From Octopus vulgaris (Eukaryota), in contig OX597821.1 in the NCBI GenBank assembly GCA_951406725.2, positions 99,076,001 to 99,140,000 of the forward strand: 64,000 nt of DNA. Reading direction: 5' to 3'. The notes under the pieces are model-generated. The model worked only from the letters and a program-made list of their open reading frames with translations. It was not told where the DNA came from and did no database searches. Position numbers and translations under genes: made by a program. Positions 26,379 to 40,944 of this stretch are shown piece by piece; position 1 is the stretch's first letter; each line of letters starts with the position of its first letter.

Positions 26379-26762
26379 TGGAGGCGCAATGGCCCAGTGG
26401 TTAGGGCAGCGGACTCGCGGTCATAGGATCGCGGTTTCGATTCCCAGACCGGGCGTTGTGAGTGTTTATTGAGCGAAAACACCTAAAGCTCCACGAGGCT
26501 CCGGCAGAGGATGGTGGTGATCCCTGCAGTACTCTTTCACCACAACTTTCTCTCACTCTTACTTCCTGTTTCTGTTGTACCTGTATTTCAAAGGGCCGGC
26601 CTTGTCACTCTCTGTGTCACGCTGAATATCCCCGAGAACTACGTTAAGGGTACACGTGTCTGTGGAGTGCTCAGCCACTTACACGTTAATTTCACGAGCA
26701 GGCTGTTCCGTTGATCGGATCAACCGGAACCCTCGTCGTCGTAACCGACGGAGTACTTCCAC
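26379..26762 (+). mobile_element. tRNA-Arg-like SINE (OR1-like)
   Basis: A box TGGCCCAGTGG, B box GGTTTCGATTCC; 13-bp TSD ATACTGTCGTCTG at 26366-26378 and 26763-26775. Confidence 0.88.
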
Positions 26763-27678
26763 ATACTGTCGTCTGAACACAGCTTCAACGCTCTGTAGGT
26801 TTGACACAACCGATTATGCAGGCAGCATTATTGTTTTATAAGTTGCACACAACTAATTGTGTTCTGCGGGTTAAATTCTGCTGATAGGGTTCAGTAAATT
26901 GTTCACTACAAGTGGTTGATACTTTCAAAGGATGCACACTGCAAATTGTTCACTATACTTGTTGTACTTCAGATTATACTCCAGCAGTTGTTCTCTAGAA
27001 AGGGAGAGCTGTAGATTTTTTGTTCAGTACAGTATAGATTTTATGGTGTTTCAGCTCTTCGCTGTAGAATTTGTAGTGTACATGGTTAAAAACAGCAGGT
27101 TATACCGTGGATTGTGTAATGCAAAGTTAAAAAATAGAGAAATTTGTTTGTGCAGGATTAAATTATGTGCCGCAGTTATTATTATCGTAATTGATCATAA
27201 ACAGAACTCGCATTAATATGAGAAAATATCACTTTCTATTAAAAATCTATTAGATTTCAAATTAGAAATTTTTAGCTGTCAGGCAGACAATTCAAATCTC
27301 ATTTATAAAACATTCACAACTAATATGTTTTCAATGATGTCTTATTCTTAATACTTTCCGGCAGATTCGAACGTGAACATGCTAATCGCTGTCGTGTTTC
27401 GTCTGAAAGGAATTGTTCTCCAATGGCGAAAAGAGTTGTTCTCCTCTGACAAAACACACTAGATCGAATCTGCTGGATTGAATACGCGAGTCGTCGTTTG
27501 ATTCTCGCTGTTAACTATGCAGATGATAAGTTATTATATTTTCAATATTTTTTAAAACTTTCGTTTGAATCAGTGTCGCTGTCTGGTGCTAGTATAGAGT
27601 TACTATTTAATCTTTTGCAAATATAAAATATACAATTACCATCTCATTTTCATTTTGAGGAATAGGGATTATTATTCA

Positions 27679-28500
27679 TACTAGCAGGAAGACCACCCTC
27701 CAGGCGGTTTTCTGCTAGCCCCTCGATGATATTTTCCCATTTGATTCCCAATTCTAATAATTTTTATATTTTACGTCTTATTATTACTTTGTATAATAGT
27801 GCTCACTTGCTTAGTAAATATTGCTTTCATTATTTCATCACAATCATAATCTTTTTTAGACAAACATCACGGTAATCCAACAACAGAGGGAGAAGCAGTT
27901 TGTTAAGTTTTACCTTCCCCTCAAAGCAACATAAGGAATTTCAGTTCAGCAGCCCATCTGTAAGCTTTGCAATGTGCGTGTGTGTGAGAGAGAATATTGT
28001 AAATAAGGAATGAAATAAACATGAAATGAAAAAAATCGTATAAATAAAAGGTGTATACCTGTATACAGGTGTATACGCTTCCGTCTTTGTTGCCTCATAA
28101 CATCCAGAAAAATGGATACTTTTTAACAAAATTTTCTACAAATACCGCTTAGATGTTGTGACTTCAGAGTATATAGAGATTTATGGGAAAGAATTATGGG
28201 AAAGAGGAGTTTCAGAAAATTCACACGATCTGACTTTTTTCCCTCATAACTTTCAGGAAGATGGATATCTTTTAGTGAAAATTTATACAAATCCCTTTCA
28301 AAAGTGAAAAAAAAAAAAAAAAAAAAGATTTTTAAAATAATTGGCTACTATAGGTCCAGAGTGGGATGATGAGGAAGAGGGTGTAAAAATTATGATTATA
28401 AAGAAATTTGAGGGGAAAATTTTTTCGGGGATTTTCCCTATTTTTTTTAAAGCCTCAGCCTTCGAAATGATGGAGTAGCGGGGAGCATCTTAGTATGAAA
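27679..28500. mobile_element. Probable Helitron/Helentron-type non-autonomous element
   Basis: ACTAG next to hairpin CTAGCAGGAAGACC..GGTTTTCTGCTAG; internal subrepeats; boundaries approximate. Confidence 0.4.
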
Positions 28501-29587
28501 AAAAGATTTGAAAACTCTTTTTTTACACCCTCTCCTTCATCATCCCACTCTGGACCTATAGTAGCCAATTATATATATATTATATTTTTTGCACTTCAAA
28601 ACCATGGCAAGAGCGTTTTCGGTAAAAAAAAATAAGAAAAATTGTTAATATTTTCAGAGGGAAAATTGAGTGATTTAATGGCGATTTGGCTGTTGTTTCT
28701 AGCACATCCAAAGACAGCCCTCCTCGTTTCTTTATCACTCTCACATGTATTGATGTTTTTCAATATTTTTGCCCCATAAATACATTTATATATATTATGA
28801 AAAAAAAAAATTTGAGAAATTATGAATTTTTTACAACTCCACTCCCTGTTCCGGTTGTTTCTGTTTAGAAATTAAAATATTGGAGAGCCTGAGAAGGTCA
28901 TTGCTGGCATTTATCTACAGTAATTTTTAAAAATTACGGAGATGTACTTGCATAGCAAGTGACTTGATTTGTGATCGTGTGCTGAAACCAAAATAATTGC
29001 AGCGTAGATGTTTGTAAGTCATTCAAGAACACATAAAAACCGTTAGTTTCACGGCACTTCTTAAATACAGAGATCCCGATACATCTACGCAACGATATGA
29101 AGGGGTCGGTTAGGGTGTCATTACATGTCCACAAAGCATACATTTAAAATGTTTTGTACATAACATCTGTATTTAAGTAATACCGTTATGGAACCTCTGT
29201 ATTTAAGTAGTACCAGTTCCACTTCAACATTAAAATTTCGCCCGTCGAGGTTGAATTTGCCTTTCATCCTTTCAGGGTCGATTAATTAAGTACCAGTTGC
29301 GTACTGGGGTCGACTGGCCACCTCCCCTTGTGCCTAGATCAGAAAAGAACATTAAAATTTCATTTGTGTTAAAATGTTCTCGTCGCTTTGAAATCGCGAC
29401 CTATTCACTGACAAAACTTCAGAAAAGTGATGGAGCACGAAGTTTTGTCAGTGAGAGCGCACACACACACACACACACACACATTCATTCGTTGCTTTTC
29501 ATTTGTGTGTATGTGCGTGCGCGAGAGTGTATTGGTGTGTGTGTGTGTGTGTGTGTTGAAGTCGCTCGTGCAACTTGCTTGTATATT

Positions 29588-32583
29588 CAGTGTTTCCCAA
29601 ACTTTTCGCGTCGAATTGCAATATCGCCCACTTATCGGCAAAAAATTGCTCCATCGCCCACCTGTGTAAAAAGAAACCCTGATGCAGCCATCCCCCAACA
29701 CTAAATCCCCTAGGAGAACTCCCCTTGTATCATTTGACACACACTATAGACTCATTGTCTGGTTGGTACTGTTTGGGCGAGCAGGCAGAAACGTTAGCAC
29801 ACCGGGCGAAATGCTTAGCGGTATTTCGTCTGCTGCTACGTTCTGAGTTCAAATTCCGTCGAGGACAACTTTGCCTTTCATCCTTTCGAGGTCGATTAAA
29901 TAAGTACCAGTTACGCACTGGGGTCGATGTAATCGACTTAATCCGTTTGTCTGTCCTTGTTTGTCCCCTCTATGTTTAGCCCCTTGTGGGTAGTAAAGAA
30001 ATAGGTACTGTTTGGACTAAATATGCGATTGTTTACAAATCCCTTATTGTGGGTTTAGTTTTGCTGTTAGTGTGAATAAAATTCTAACGTTAACTTTATA
30101 TTTTTAACGTCGGAAAACTTACACTGATTTTTATTTTCCCCAAATGAACCATTGATCAAAACTACCTATGCAAATATAATTAATGATTGTATTATAAAGG
30201 AAAAGAATAACACTTTTTAATAAGAACCATGTGTCTGGTGCAATGCAACTAGTGCAGATACATTCGGTTTCAAATTTGTCAACTTTAGCCACAAGTGTCT
30301 TCGTTGTGTCACATCCAGTTCAATTCTTTTATGGGAAAGTAAAGTTCCTACATGATCAAAACCAGATTCAACCAGGTACGAGATAGAGAAGGCAAACAAA
30401 AGTAATTACAGATGTTTCCACAGATTGGGGAATATACTTTGATGCTACCACAAACCTTTGCCATTACGGCGATATCGCATTGTGGCGTCATTGTCATTTT
30501 GTAATTCTATCAATTCCTCCTGAACGTCGTCCTCACAATCGACTGCATCGACCTCGAACGGATTGCTATAACAATTTGGAATATTCAGCGCAATAACATC
30601 TTGAAATCACTGCATCATATCGTCGTACAATGATTGTAAATAGTTGCGATAGGTAGTTAAATCCTCATCAACCATTTCATCTTTCAAAGAGTCAAGTTGT
30701 GGAAATTGATGGAATTGACGTTTTGAAATGTTAGTCTTATACAGCACCGATTTTGAAATGAGGGTAATGGGAAATGATTTACAATCAATGAAAGCTTTTC
30801 TAATCATTTAATTTTGTGAATATATCACAAAGAAAAAAGATATCGCACCTTGCAGCCATCAATGAAGCGGATAGTGGAGTATCTTCATAGAAAGATATGA
30901 TTATATGAAACAGTTCAACAAAGCGTAAAACATAGTTTCCTTTTGACAGCCACCACACTTCGGTATGGTATAAGAGTTTAGCATAGTCCTCATCATTTCT
31001 CAGACAGAGTTGACGGAAAATTCGATCAGACAAGGGACTGGACTTCAATTTGTCCACAGTCTTGATAACTAACTGTAGCGCATCATTTAATCTACCATTC
31101 ATATTGTTTGCCATTAAATGCTGGTTGTGTGCCAAGCAATGAACTATTAGTATCTGGTGGGAAATTTCACGCTTTAGAAGAGATGAAAAACCTCTGTGTC
31201 TTCCTATCATTGAAGGGGCTCCATCAGATGCACAGGCAAGAATATTACTGAGTGGGATATTATGTTCAAAAAGGAAAGACTTGAGAGTGTGAGATATAGT
31301 TGCACCTTTTGAATCAAGCAGCAATTTCTCAGTGAACAACATTTCCTCACAAGGTTGATCGTCTTCACTAAAATACTGAACATATACCATCATTAAACAT
31401 TAATTGTCCACAACAGTTGTCTCATCCACTTGTAAAGAAAATTCAGAATGCTGGAGAATATTAATGAACTAATGTTTGACATCGTTGGCCATTTCAGCGA
31501 AAAATCGTGTTATTACTAAGTGGGACTTCGTCATAATGTTATCGAGTTTTTGTGGATAACGGTTGACAAAACCTCTTTGCATCAAAGTGATACGTCAAGC
31601 GTGAAGGTTTCATTGCTTCGTCGGTCAATGTTTGATGGCAAAGAAGGCACATTGGTAACTGACAGTTCTGAGAAGAGAGAATCAATTCAAACGATAACTA
31701 ATCATAACTGTATTGTCGACAAATTTTCTTTTACTGGAGGCATCAGTAAAGTGAAAATGTGAAAACGGATTTCTACAGATTGCGTCAGAAAGGCAGTATG
31801 GTATTCCTAAACAGAAGTCGATAGAGCAGAGTCAGATAACATATCTTTACTTGAGCAAATACGGAGTTAGTTTGTTTGGCTGCGAGCATTTCAAAAATTT
31901 AAGTTTATCAATTTTTTTTTAATTTGGCACATTAATATACTTTTCCAAGCTAAATTGCTGGAGTTATTCAACTTTTTCCAGAAAAATGTTTTTAATAAGT
32001 TATAGATGTTTAAAATTTGATCATTTTCACCCAGTCAAGAAATACAATTTCAAAGCTGTCATTTTGTGCGTGACTGCACATTTTGTCAACGTCCTGAAAA
32101 TAGCACTTGTGTTTTGATATGTAACCGTAGAATTACACACGATATATACCACCTCATAACTTTTTTTATTTGTCCGAGTTTTCAGAAAATTTTTGCGAAT
32201 TTGTATTCTACACGCAGGACTTTATACGATTATGCAAAAAAAAAATTTGGTGGAGCATGATTTAAGACCTAGCTCTATTTGGCTGGTATTTTTAGCAAAT
32301 ATGACAACCATCTCAAAGACTGTGCGACAAAAATATTCAATTGGTAAGCGAGTCCGCTCTTATAATACAAAGGGATGTCTCATGCGAGTAGTCAAATCGA
32401 TAAAAGTGCATCCTTATTCTAGGCATACCTAGATATAAGTAAATGCAGGCCAAATTTATAAAAATTCTTTGTCACCCACAGAATGTTCACATCACCCACC
32501 ATTTTCTAGAAAGTCAAACATCGCCTACCTCTAAGTTGAAATTGCCCACCGGTGGGCGATATCGCCCACTTTTGGAATCTATG
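29588..32583 (-). mobile_element. hAT Buster/Charlie-type transposon with decayed transposase (~30200-31760)
   Basis: TIR CAGTGTTTCCCAAA, subterminal ATCGCCCAC repeats at both ends; motifs FSLQVDETT, CASDGAPSMIG, HCLAHNQHL, LLYHTEVWWLSKG, ISYLVESGF. Confidence 0.88.
29777..30003 (+). mobile_element. Meta-domain-like SINE
   Basis: Same family; TSD GGTACTGTTT(T)GG. Confidence 0.9.
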
Positions 32584-32649
32584 GTATATATTCTTTTCTA
32601 CGCAGAACGTAAAAACAGACGAAATACCGCTAAGCATTTGCCCGGCATG

Positions 32650-34300
32650 CTAGCGTTATGGCAACACAGGAAGAGATAGCAAAGTGCCTAGAGGAAATTA
32701 AAGACGTTATTACTTTTTACACAAGAGGTAGATGGTACGGCACAGTGGTGGTCACTTTCGCCTCCAACAAGGAGGCAAGTGAGTACTCCGCTGTGCTGTT
32801 ACATTCGGACGAGTAGACTCTTCTGCCTACATAACTGGACAAGTGCGTTGCCAGAGTTAGGGTAGGCAGGATTCCGCCTGAAATGGAACCCGAGTGGCTG
32901 ATAGTGGTGATCCTTGACGTGGGAAACGAAGAAGGAGATGAGAGCATTAGCATCCTCCAGATAACCCGGACCCAACAAATAAATTGTGGGGTTACGGGCT
33001 AGAGATATTTCTTCGAGTCAACCAAACAGAATATGCTGGAATACCGGGGACAATAGATCTACCAAATGGGATATAGTGTAATCGCATCAAGATATCCTAA
33101 GACTCTCAGAAAGAGACCACGTTACTGGAAGTTGAACGCATACACAGATCGTATTAGCATTAAGCGACGATTGGCGGGGACAATCGTCAACAAGTAGTAG
33201 GGCATTCTGAAGAATGCGACTGTAAGAAGCGATAGAAGGAATAAAGTTAGAGGGGGAGATAGTGAGTATATTCAAAGAAGCAGTTAAAAAAGAGATTGCA
33301 ACCAACATACTGGCGGTGTGAATGGACTTTGTCCAATTCTTCATTGCAAAACAAGAAGGTTCGTTGTCGAAACTGAAGGCCCCTAAAATATGAAGGAATA
33401 AAAGACGTTCGACGGACCCAGGTGGCAAAGGCTTAACGTGACAACAAAACCACACTTCTACCTTTGACGGATAAAGGAGCGCATGCTACGCGATTCCAAG
33501 CAAATGTGAAATCGGCTCGACTATCTGGAATGACTGACAGGCCAGAAAGGTGAGGAGACAATGCCTAAGTCATCAGAAAACGAGGAATACTGAGAAAAGC
33601 TGATAATCGCAGGCAAGTTGCGGTAAGTGATTGTATGCGGCGAGCTGGCAGAAACGTTAGCACGCCGGGCGAAATGCTTAGCAGTATTTCGTCTGCGTTA
33701 CGTTGTGAGTTCAAATTCCGCCGAGGTCGACTTTGCCTTTCATCCTTTCGGGGTCGATTAAATAATTACCAGTTACGTACTGGGGTCGATGTAATCGACT
33801 TAATACCTATGTCTGTCCTTGTTTGTCCCCTCTGTGTTTAGCCCCTTGTGGGTAATAAAGAAATAGGTAAGTGATTGTATGAGGCGTAAATCACTTTGTT
33901 TTGATGGTCGATCTGGGCCATGAGCTTTACTTTTATAGACCTTTAATTTGTTCGGAGGTATCCTGGCAGACGTCTTATACAACTTTCCACAAAAGAGAAT
34001 TCCCAATTTTAAAAGTCGGAGAGTGATAGTACTGCGTAGAAAAATATCAAAAAGAAGCTATTATAAAAACTTTCCGGTCCATAAATGCGGAGATTAAAAT
34101 TTTAGCCAAGATGTTAGCAAAAAGTTTTGAGCTTGATGTTAGTACTTTGGTCAAGAAACTGCAAACATGTAGAATCACCAATTGATCTATTCATGACATC
34201 GTGTGGTACATCGTGAAGCGGATGAGTAACTAACTTGACTTCAATGTGGCTCTGATCAACTCGACTCGATCGAAAGCTCTATGTATGGACAGGATCTTAA
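32650..34300 (+). mobile_element. Degenerate Tx1/L1-like LINE remnant
   Basis: NAEIKILAKMLAK, QTC, IHD and ALINSTRSKA echo NxDYKILAK..QTC..IHD..ALINLDQSKAFD; boundaries uncertain. Confidence 0.5.
33638..33865 (+). mobile_element. Meta-domain-like SINE
   Basis: 16-bp TSD GGTAAGTGATTGTATG at 33622-33637 and 33866-33881. Confidence 0.9.
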
Positions 34301-34959
34301 CTTCTATGTTATCTATTGATCCCCTGTGTTCTAGTTTGGCATGCTCGTATAGCATTGGCGAGCTTTTCTTCTCTAGTTTTCGCCAGTGTATTTTATTCTT
34401 TCCACTTTGCTACGGACTATCTCTTTAATATATGGCGTTGTCATGTTTCTGAGCCGTCTTTCTCTGCACTTTATCCTATAGATAGCATTCCTAGTTTTGC
34501 AGTGTATCTGTGGGTTTACTTTACACACTATTCAGTTCCTATCAGTACAAAGGGTTTTTTACAAAGAGGCATATTCTACTGATCATAGATTTTATGGGGG
34601 TTCCTGGCTACAACTTTAATTCGTAGATTCGGTTTGTCTAAGGCTTTTCTAAAATGATACACTAGTTCGTCTCAAGGTGTAACATGACGCTCTGGTATTT
34701 TGGGCCCTCATACCATGAGTTGGCCTTTTTTTATCTTCCTCTTAGTCCTTTCTATACTACTTCATGATTTGTTCCTGTAGATCTCATTTGCATCCTACTC
34801 TGTGGTGGTCTTGCAGTTTGTCATGGCTCCTTTGCACGCCTTAATCCTGACCTTTTGGCTGTATCCAGAGAACTGCATGCGGTGGATAAAGTGATGTGTA
34901 TATCTCTCTCTGGTTCCGTTGGATCGCACATACGGGACACGCTTCTAATCACTCTTATA

Positions 34960-35155
34960 TGGTCCACTATCAAGATATTGAACTTAGTATTATCTGCGAG
35001 AGACACTCATATGAATCATATTTCAAGCAAATATATATCTTTCCATAAACCAAATGAGGACACCTCCAACATCGACAGAAGTTTTAACTATCTACCATCA
35101 ATATTTAAACAACTAGTTAATAGCATAAGTAGATGTGTGTCCAACCTTTCATCCA
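34960..35155 (+). mobile_element. Penelope-like (Naiad-type) RT thumb fragment
   Basis: FHKPNEDTSNIDRSFNYLPSIFKQLVNSISRCVSNLSS resembles YRKPN..YI...SNHPP.I.K.IP..I..RLS.LSS. Confidence 0.6.
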
Positions 35156-35479
35156 TGCGAAGTCTTGATTGGACAAAATGTTTTGCTCACGTGGGTAATA
35201 TTTTTGCGAATCACGCCATCGGATATAGTGACGTGATTGCTGAATATTCTACAAGATTAAGAGATTACATTGTAGCTGCCAGTTTCGGTCGTTTAAAATG
35301 AACTCTTCATACTGGCATAACATGAAAAAAAAAATTGAAATAAATTAAATTAAGTTTTTATAACATGAGCTCTGGAACTTCACATATTTTTCTTATAAAG
35401 AAAAAAAGTCAAGACGCAAATCAATAGTATTCAATCTGACATAGAAATATTAAAAAAAAACTTAAGTAATTATCATAAT

Positions 35480-35885
35480 AGGAGTGGCTGTGTGGTAAGT
35501 AGCTTGCTAACCAACCACATGGTTCCGGGTTCAGTCCCACTGCGTGGCACCTTGGGCAAGTGTCTTCTGCTATAGCCCCGGGCCGACCAATGCCTTGTGA
35601 GTGGATTTGGTAGACGGAAACTGAAAGAAGCCCGACGTATATATGTATATATTTATATGTGTGTGCGTGTATGTTTGTGTGTCTGTGTCTGTCCCCCTAG
35701 CATTGTGTGACAACCGATGCTGGTGTGTTTACGTCCCCGTCACTTAGCGGTTCGGCAAAAGAGACCGATAGAATAAGTACTGGGCTTACAAAAGAATAAG
35801 TCCCGGGGTCGAGTTGCTCGATTAAAGGCGGTGCTCCAGCATGGCCGCAGTCAAATGACTGAAACAAGTAAAAGAGAGTAAAAGA
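35480..35885 (+). mobile_element. CORE-type SINE
   Basis: Same family. Confidence 0.9.
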
Positions 35886-35889
35886 ATAA

Positions 35890-37730
35890 TATAAAAATCA
35901 TCATAAAAGAAAAAACTCTGAAGAAAATATGAATTAAATTCTGAACACCAACTCGTTGAAGTAATGGAAAAGATAAAAAGGAATTTTGAAGCCAAAGTTG
36001 CATACATACGCCATTTCCTGTAATAACAATGTTCAAGATAATAAGATGCTTAAAAATAACCCCAAAAAATTCTGCAGGCACATTGAAAAGAACACAATTA
36101 AAATAAAATATGTAAATTAAGAACAAGAGATACTTTAGTTTTGGATAATTGACAAGACGCTTATCTGTGATGCCCCATGGTTTAACAGACAAAAACAATA
36201 CACTGAGCTTAAAGAAGAGTAAATGTGGCAGGAGATCAATGTAGATGTCAGTAAATGTAAATCACCAAACTATTGTCTTTTAAAATGTCTTTAAAAATTC
36301 CTATTCAAAACTAACTGTTTCAGTGCAATTAGGTAAAAAAATTAAAAAAAACGCAAGTGATGTGACGGATCACTGGTATCAAATTTTGCTCCCCCAAAAT
36401 AACGAAACACAATTCTTTTAGAACTACGGACCCATAACATGCGTTACAAGTGTACAAGATCCCTATATCTGTCCTAATGGAATGCACTTATGCTTTCCTC
36501 ATTATCAGTAACATTTTCTCTGATAAGCAAAAAGAGTGTAAACATGGCTCATATGGATCAACTGTTAATAGAGAAAATGATTATTGATGATTGTCATAAC
36601 AGGTAAAAAAAATTGTTTCAATGGCCTGGATAGATTACAAATAGGCCTTTGATAATCTTCTTTAAAGTTGGATAGATGAATGTCTGGAGATATTCAGAAT
36701 TTCAACAATAATCAGGAAGTTTTTATCTTATGCCATGAAGGAATGGAAAATGACATTGGAGAAGTCAATATTAATCATGGAATCTTCCGAGGAAAGTAAT
36801 AATCTCCATTGTTACTCAGTTTAGCACTGTTTCCCCTACTTAAACTTCTGAAGGAAACAAATTATAGATACAATGTGTACAAAAAAATCATCAACCATCT
36901 TCTCTATATGGATGACTTGAAACTTTTTACGAAAATGAACAACTGCAAACTCTCCTTCACACAGCCAAACAATTTAGGAATATCTTTAAAATGGAATTTA
37001 GAATTCTACTTACCGACAACAAGCAAAAAACTAGATGTTAAAACTCGTTCTGAAACGTGAAGGTGCCAAAAAATTGCACTATCTTCCAGGAAATGTAGCT
37101 AAAAGAACCAGTACTTGAAGAAAATGTGTCCCCAACTGAAAAGAATAAAAAAGAATTAAAAGTATACAGCCAAACAAACTAGTCTCCAATATACCAAGGA
37201 GAAATGAGAAGAGAAACCACTGTAAAGCAAATTCCTGTTTAGAGCCAGGTATCCTGATGCAGACCAAATTCTTACCAATCAATGATTGGCATGTTCTGAT
37301 CTGAAACCGGAAACTAAGGAATATATTACTGCTGCTCAGGATCAGTGTCTTCCAAGTAGGGGCTATTAGTGAATTGTTCTGAAGCATGAAAGCAGCCCGT
37401 GTATGCGAGTAACATTCAGAGACAACCGACCACATAATCTCTGAATGTGGCCGATTGACACCAACAGAGTACTTGCGATGACATGACAGGTCAGCTCAGT
37501 ACATACAGTGGTCAATATACAGCACACAACTTTCTTCACAAAGAGAAGCGGTGGGAATATAAATCATCACAAGTTGTGCAGACTACTGAAGTTACCATCT
37601 TCTGGAATTTCAGTGTTCAGTCTGATCGAGAAATTCAGGCTAACTGACCAGATATTGTGAAAAACCATTTTGAAAAACATCCTTCGTTGGATATTGGAGC
37701 CCCAGCGGACAAAACCATATCTCAGAAAAC
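35890..37730 (+). mobile_element. Dong/R4-type (RLE) LINE remnant
   Basis: NYGPITC, AWIDYK.AFD, INHLLYMDDLKLF, AAQDQ, ETTDHIISEC, ILWNFSVQSDREIQAN.PDIV. Confidence 0.85.
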
Positions 37731-37784
37731 ACTAACAACAGCATCAACAACAACTACTACTACTACTACTACTACTACAATAAT

Positions 37785-38004
37785 AATAATCCTTTCTACT
37801 AAAGGTACAAGGCCTGGAATTTTGGGGGAGGGAACTAATCGATTACATCGACTCCAGTGCGAAACTGGTACTTAATTTATCGACTCCGAAAGGATGAAAG
37901 ACAAAGTCGACCTCAGCGGAATTTGAACTCAGAACGTAGCGACGGGCGAAATACCGCTAAGCATTTCGTCCAGCGCGCTAACGATTCTGCCAGTTTGCCG
38001 CCTT
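37785..38004 (-). mobile_element. Meta-domain-like SINE subfamily with alternative 3' tail ending in (ATT)n (related copies 62394-62580 and 29240-29355)
   Basis: Same head and core, different tail (CCTTTAGTAGAAAGGATTATT). Confidence 0.8.
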
Positions 38005-38305
<301 letters not shown>

Positions 38306-38762
38306 ATGATACTGATGCAGTACCGGGCACTGGCTCTCATGGCTTCTGATCTTAACTGATTGGAAGCGCCATCATGAGCATTGTGTTGTCTTGGTATAAA
38401 AGATGGTCTAAAGCAAATATTCTGCTCAATACCACAGATTTGTTTGTCAGTTGTTTGACCTTAATCAGTTGAGCATGTCCCTTAGTGGCTGGCAATTTGT
38501 GCATCTCTGATCATGAGCAGAAGTAGTGGGGGAGCATCATAGCCATGTGTTGAGAAGAATTCCTTGGGGTTTTAATGATTTATCTCTGGAAACATGGGTG
38601 TTTCGTTCAACATCCTTGAAAAACCCTTATTCAGGGACCTTTTGAGTGGGATGAGCTACTCAATCTGAAGAAAAAATTCTTACTGGTCCCCCACCTGCAA
38701 AATCATGTGCTGTTTATCTTGATATGAGATCACCATGTCGCGCACGTATGGTTGCGATGCAG
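38306..38762. mobile_element. Unclassified ~450 bp probable interspersed repeat between trinucleotide tracts
   Basis: Higher-GC block bounded by (TAG/CAG)n and (GAA)n; single copy here so not confirmed. Confidence 0.3.
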
Positions 38763-38763
38763 G

Positions 38764-38995
38764 TAGTAGAAGAAGAAGAAGAAGAAGAAGAAGAAGAAGA
38801 AGAAGAAGAAGAAGAAGAAGAAGAAGAAGAAGAAGAAGAAGAAGAAGAAGGAGGAGGAGGAGGAGGAGGAGGAGGAAGAAGAAGAAGAAGAAGAAGAAGA
38901 AGAAGAAGAAGAAGAAGAAGAAGAAGAAGAAGAAGAAGAAGAAGAAGAAGAAGAAGAAGAAGAAGAAGAAGAAGAAGAAGAAGAAGAAGAAGAAG

Positions 38996-39029
<34 letters not shown>
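38764..39029. repeat. (GAA)n/(GGA)n/(GCA)n microsatellite
   Basis: Directly visible. Confidence 0.95.
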
Positions 39030-40944
39030 TCTTATTTCTCAGATTTTAATTTGTAAGAATTAATTTGTAAGAAAAATCATCGTTGAAATTTCTATTTCCC
39101 GATATGTCTAGTGGCTTCTTTTCAATCACTTCATTTCTTGTAGAAATATAAAAATATATTTCTTATCATACGAAGCATTAACGGTAATTTCAAAGACGAT
39201 ATATTCAATACTAAAATCAATAATATAAGCGCAACAGCGAGTAGATACATCATAGGTCTTTACTTTTCTGCAAAGATACCGGAATACTTTTGACATCAAA
39301 CATTTCGTTTCCCTATGAAGAGATTGGTAACAGTAATTTCCGATCAGAAAGAAAGCGGATCTACTTTGAAATATATTCGAATTCAGTGCCCAAGAGGCTA
39401 TGATAAATATTCTATGAAGTACTCACCTTATTGTCTTGATCAAGAACGTTAAGCTTTCTTTGATAGTTGCCAGAAAGAAACTGATACCTTTCTCTGTTGT
39501 CACTTTCATATTGAAATCGTGTTATTGTGGGTAGAATCTGCCTTCAACATAGACGAATTTCTGAAAACCGTAAGAAGATTAATATGAAATAAATATATTC
39601 TGAAACTAGATATTGCTAGTTTCAGCAAATTTTATTAATTGATCACTTATATTCAAATACGCACTCGAAATTACTGTATTTTATAAATATCAAAATACTC
39701 ACTGAAATTCTTTGAGTTAGAAGTAAAATTACTTTCAAATGTATGAATCTCGAAAACATAAATTCCTGATGATTCAAATTGCTACATATCTAACATAGTA
39801 AAAATGTTTCTGGTCCTGAAACCAGTAAATATATATTTTACCTTCGTGCTAAATTGTGAACTTCTATAAAGATTTCTTTATGTAGACAGGAACACTCAGA
39901 TTTTTAACTATGACAAAACAGAACTTGCTGATGTTCATCCTTATATGAATGGACAGGTAGTGTAAAAGAAGTGGATTGCCTAATTAGGGGTGGTGTGTGA
40001 TGTCTGAAGTTACACTTAAAGTTGTTTTATTCTACAAGAAACCAATATACTTATACATATTTTGGGTTGCAGTTAAAGATTTGTGATCTCATATAGATGT
40101 AGTTAGCATTAATATAATTTGTATTGAATATTTTATTGAAGATTTCTTGTGAAGTGGTGAAGTGTGCCCCAATTAGGATCCTTTTTAATGAAGCTTAAGG
40201 ATATTTTTGTTGTAGTTAGAGATTTGTGATTCTCTACAGTTTTAATTTGCCTTGATGATATTTTTGCTGAAGATTTTCTGATGTATGTGTGAAGCAAAGA
40301 AGTGAGTACTGATCATCGGTGCTAAGGAGATGCTACATTTAAAGATATATTCATGCTATGAAGAGCACTACACCAAATTATTTTTGCATTCCTAGATTTA
40401 GTAATATTTTATATATATTGCTCTAAAGCTCATCGTTAAATCCACTTCTAGATTTGGCACTACTGTTTAACCCCAGGTCGCCAGCTACCTAACGAAAGTA
40501 TACAATTTGACAATGTAAAACTGGCACTACACACTTAAAAATTACCTTGAAAAGGATTGCAATCCACTCTCTGTAATTCAGTTTGGCAACACCGCTACGT
40601 TTAAATACGTCTTTTACGGTTACATCTCGCAAACCATCTTGTAGAGTCGCTTTCAATGGGTTCATTAATTCATATATTTCCATGTAAGATTCTCTTCCTA
40701 GCGCCGATCTTTGGAACCAGTTCTAAGTTTCTCTTAAACACTTAATCACTGTTAGTAATTCTTTACAGGAGTAGATTATCAAGAAAAGTAAGAATTTCCA
40801 GTTTCTGGCGCTTCTTAACTACTGTATTGTCATTTAATTCCATAGAAATTATAGTAATTTGTGCGAGAGTCATTTAAAGTTATCAATTGAATAGAAAGAA
40901 GTAAAATTCCAGAACGATAATATAAAATAAAAATAATTTGAACT

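Noticed and set aside
26379-26452. tRNA-Arg(TCG)-like gene
   Set aside because: No proper acceptor stem; continues into a SINE body and has a TSD.
27394-27457. Imperfect hairpin as pre-miRNA or ribozyme
   Set aside because: Short stem with large loop, single copy, no covariation evidence.
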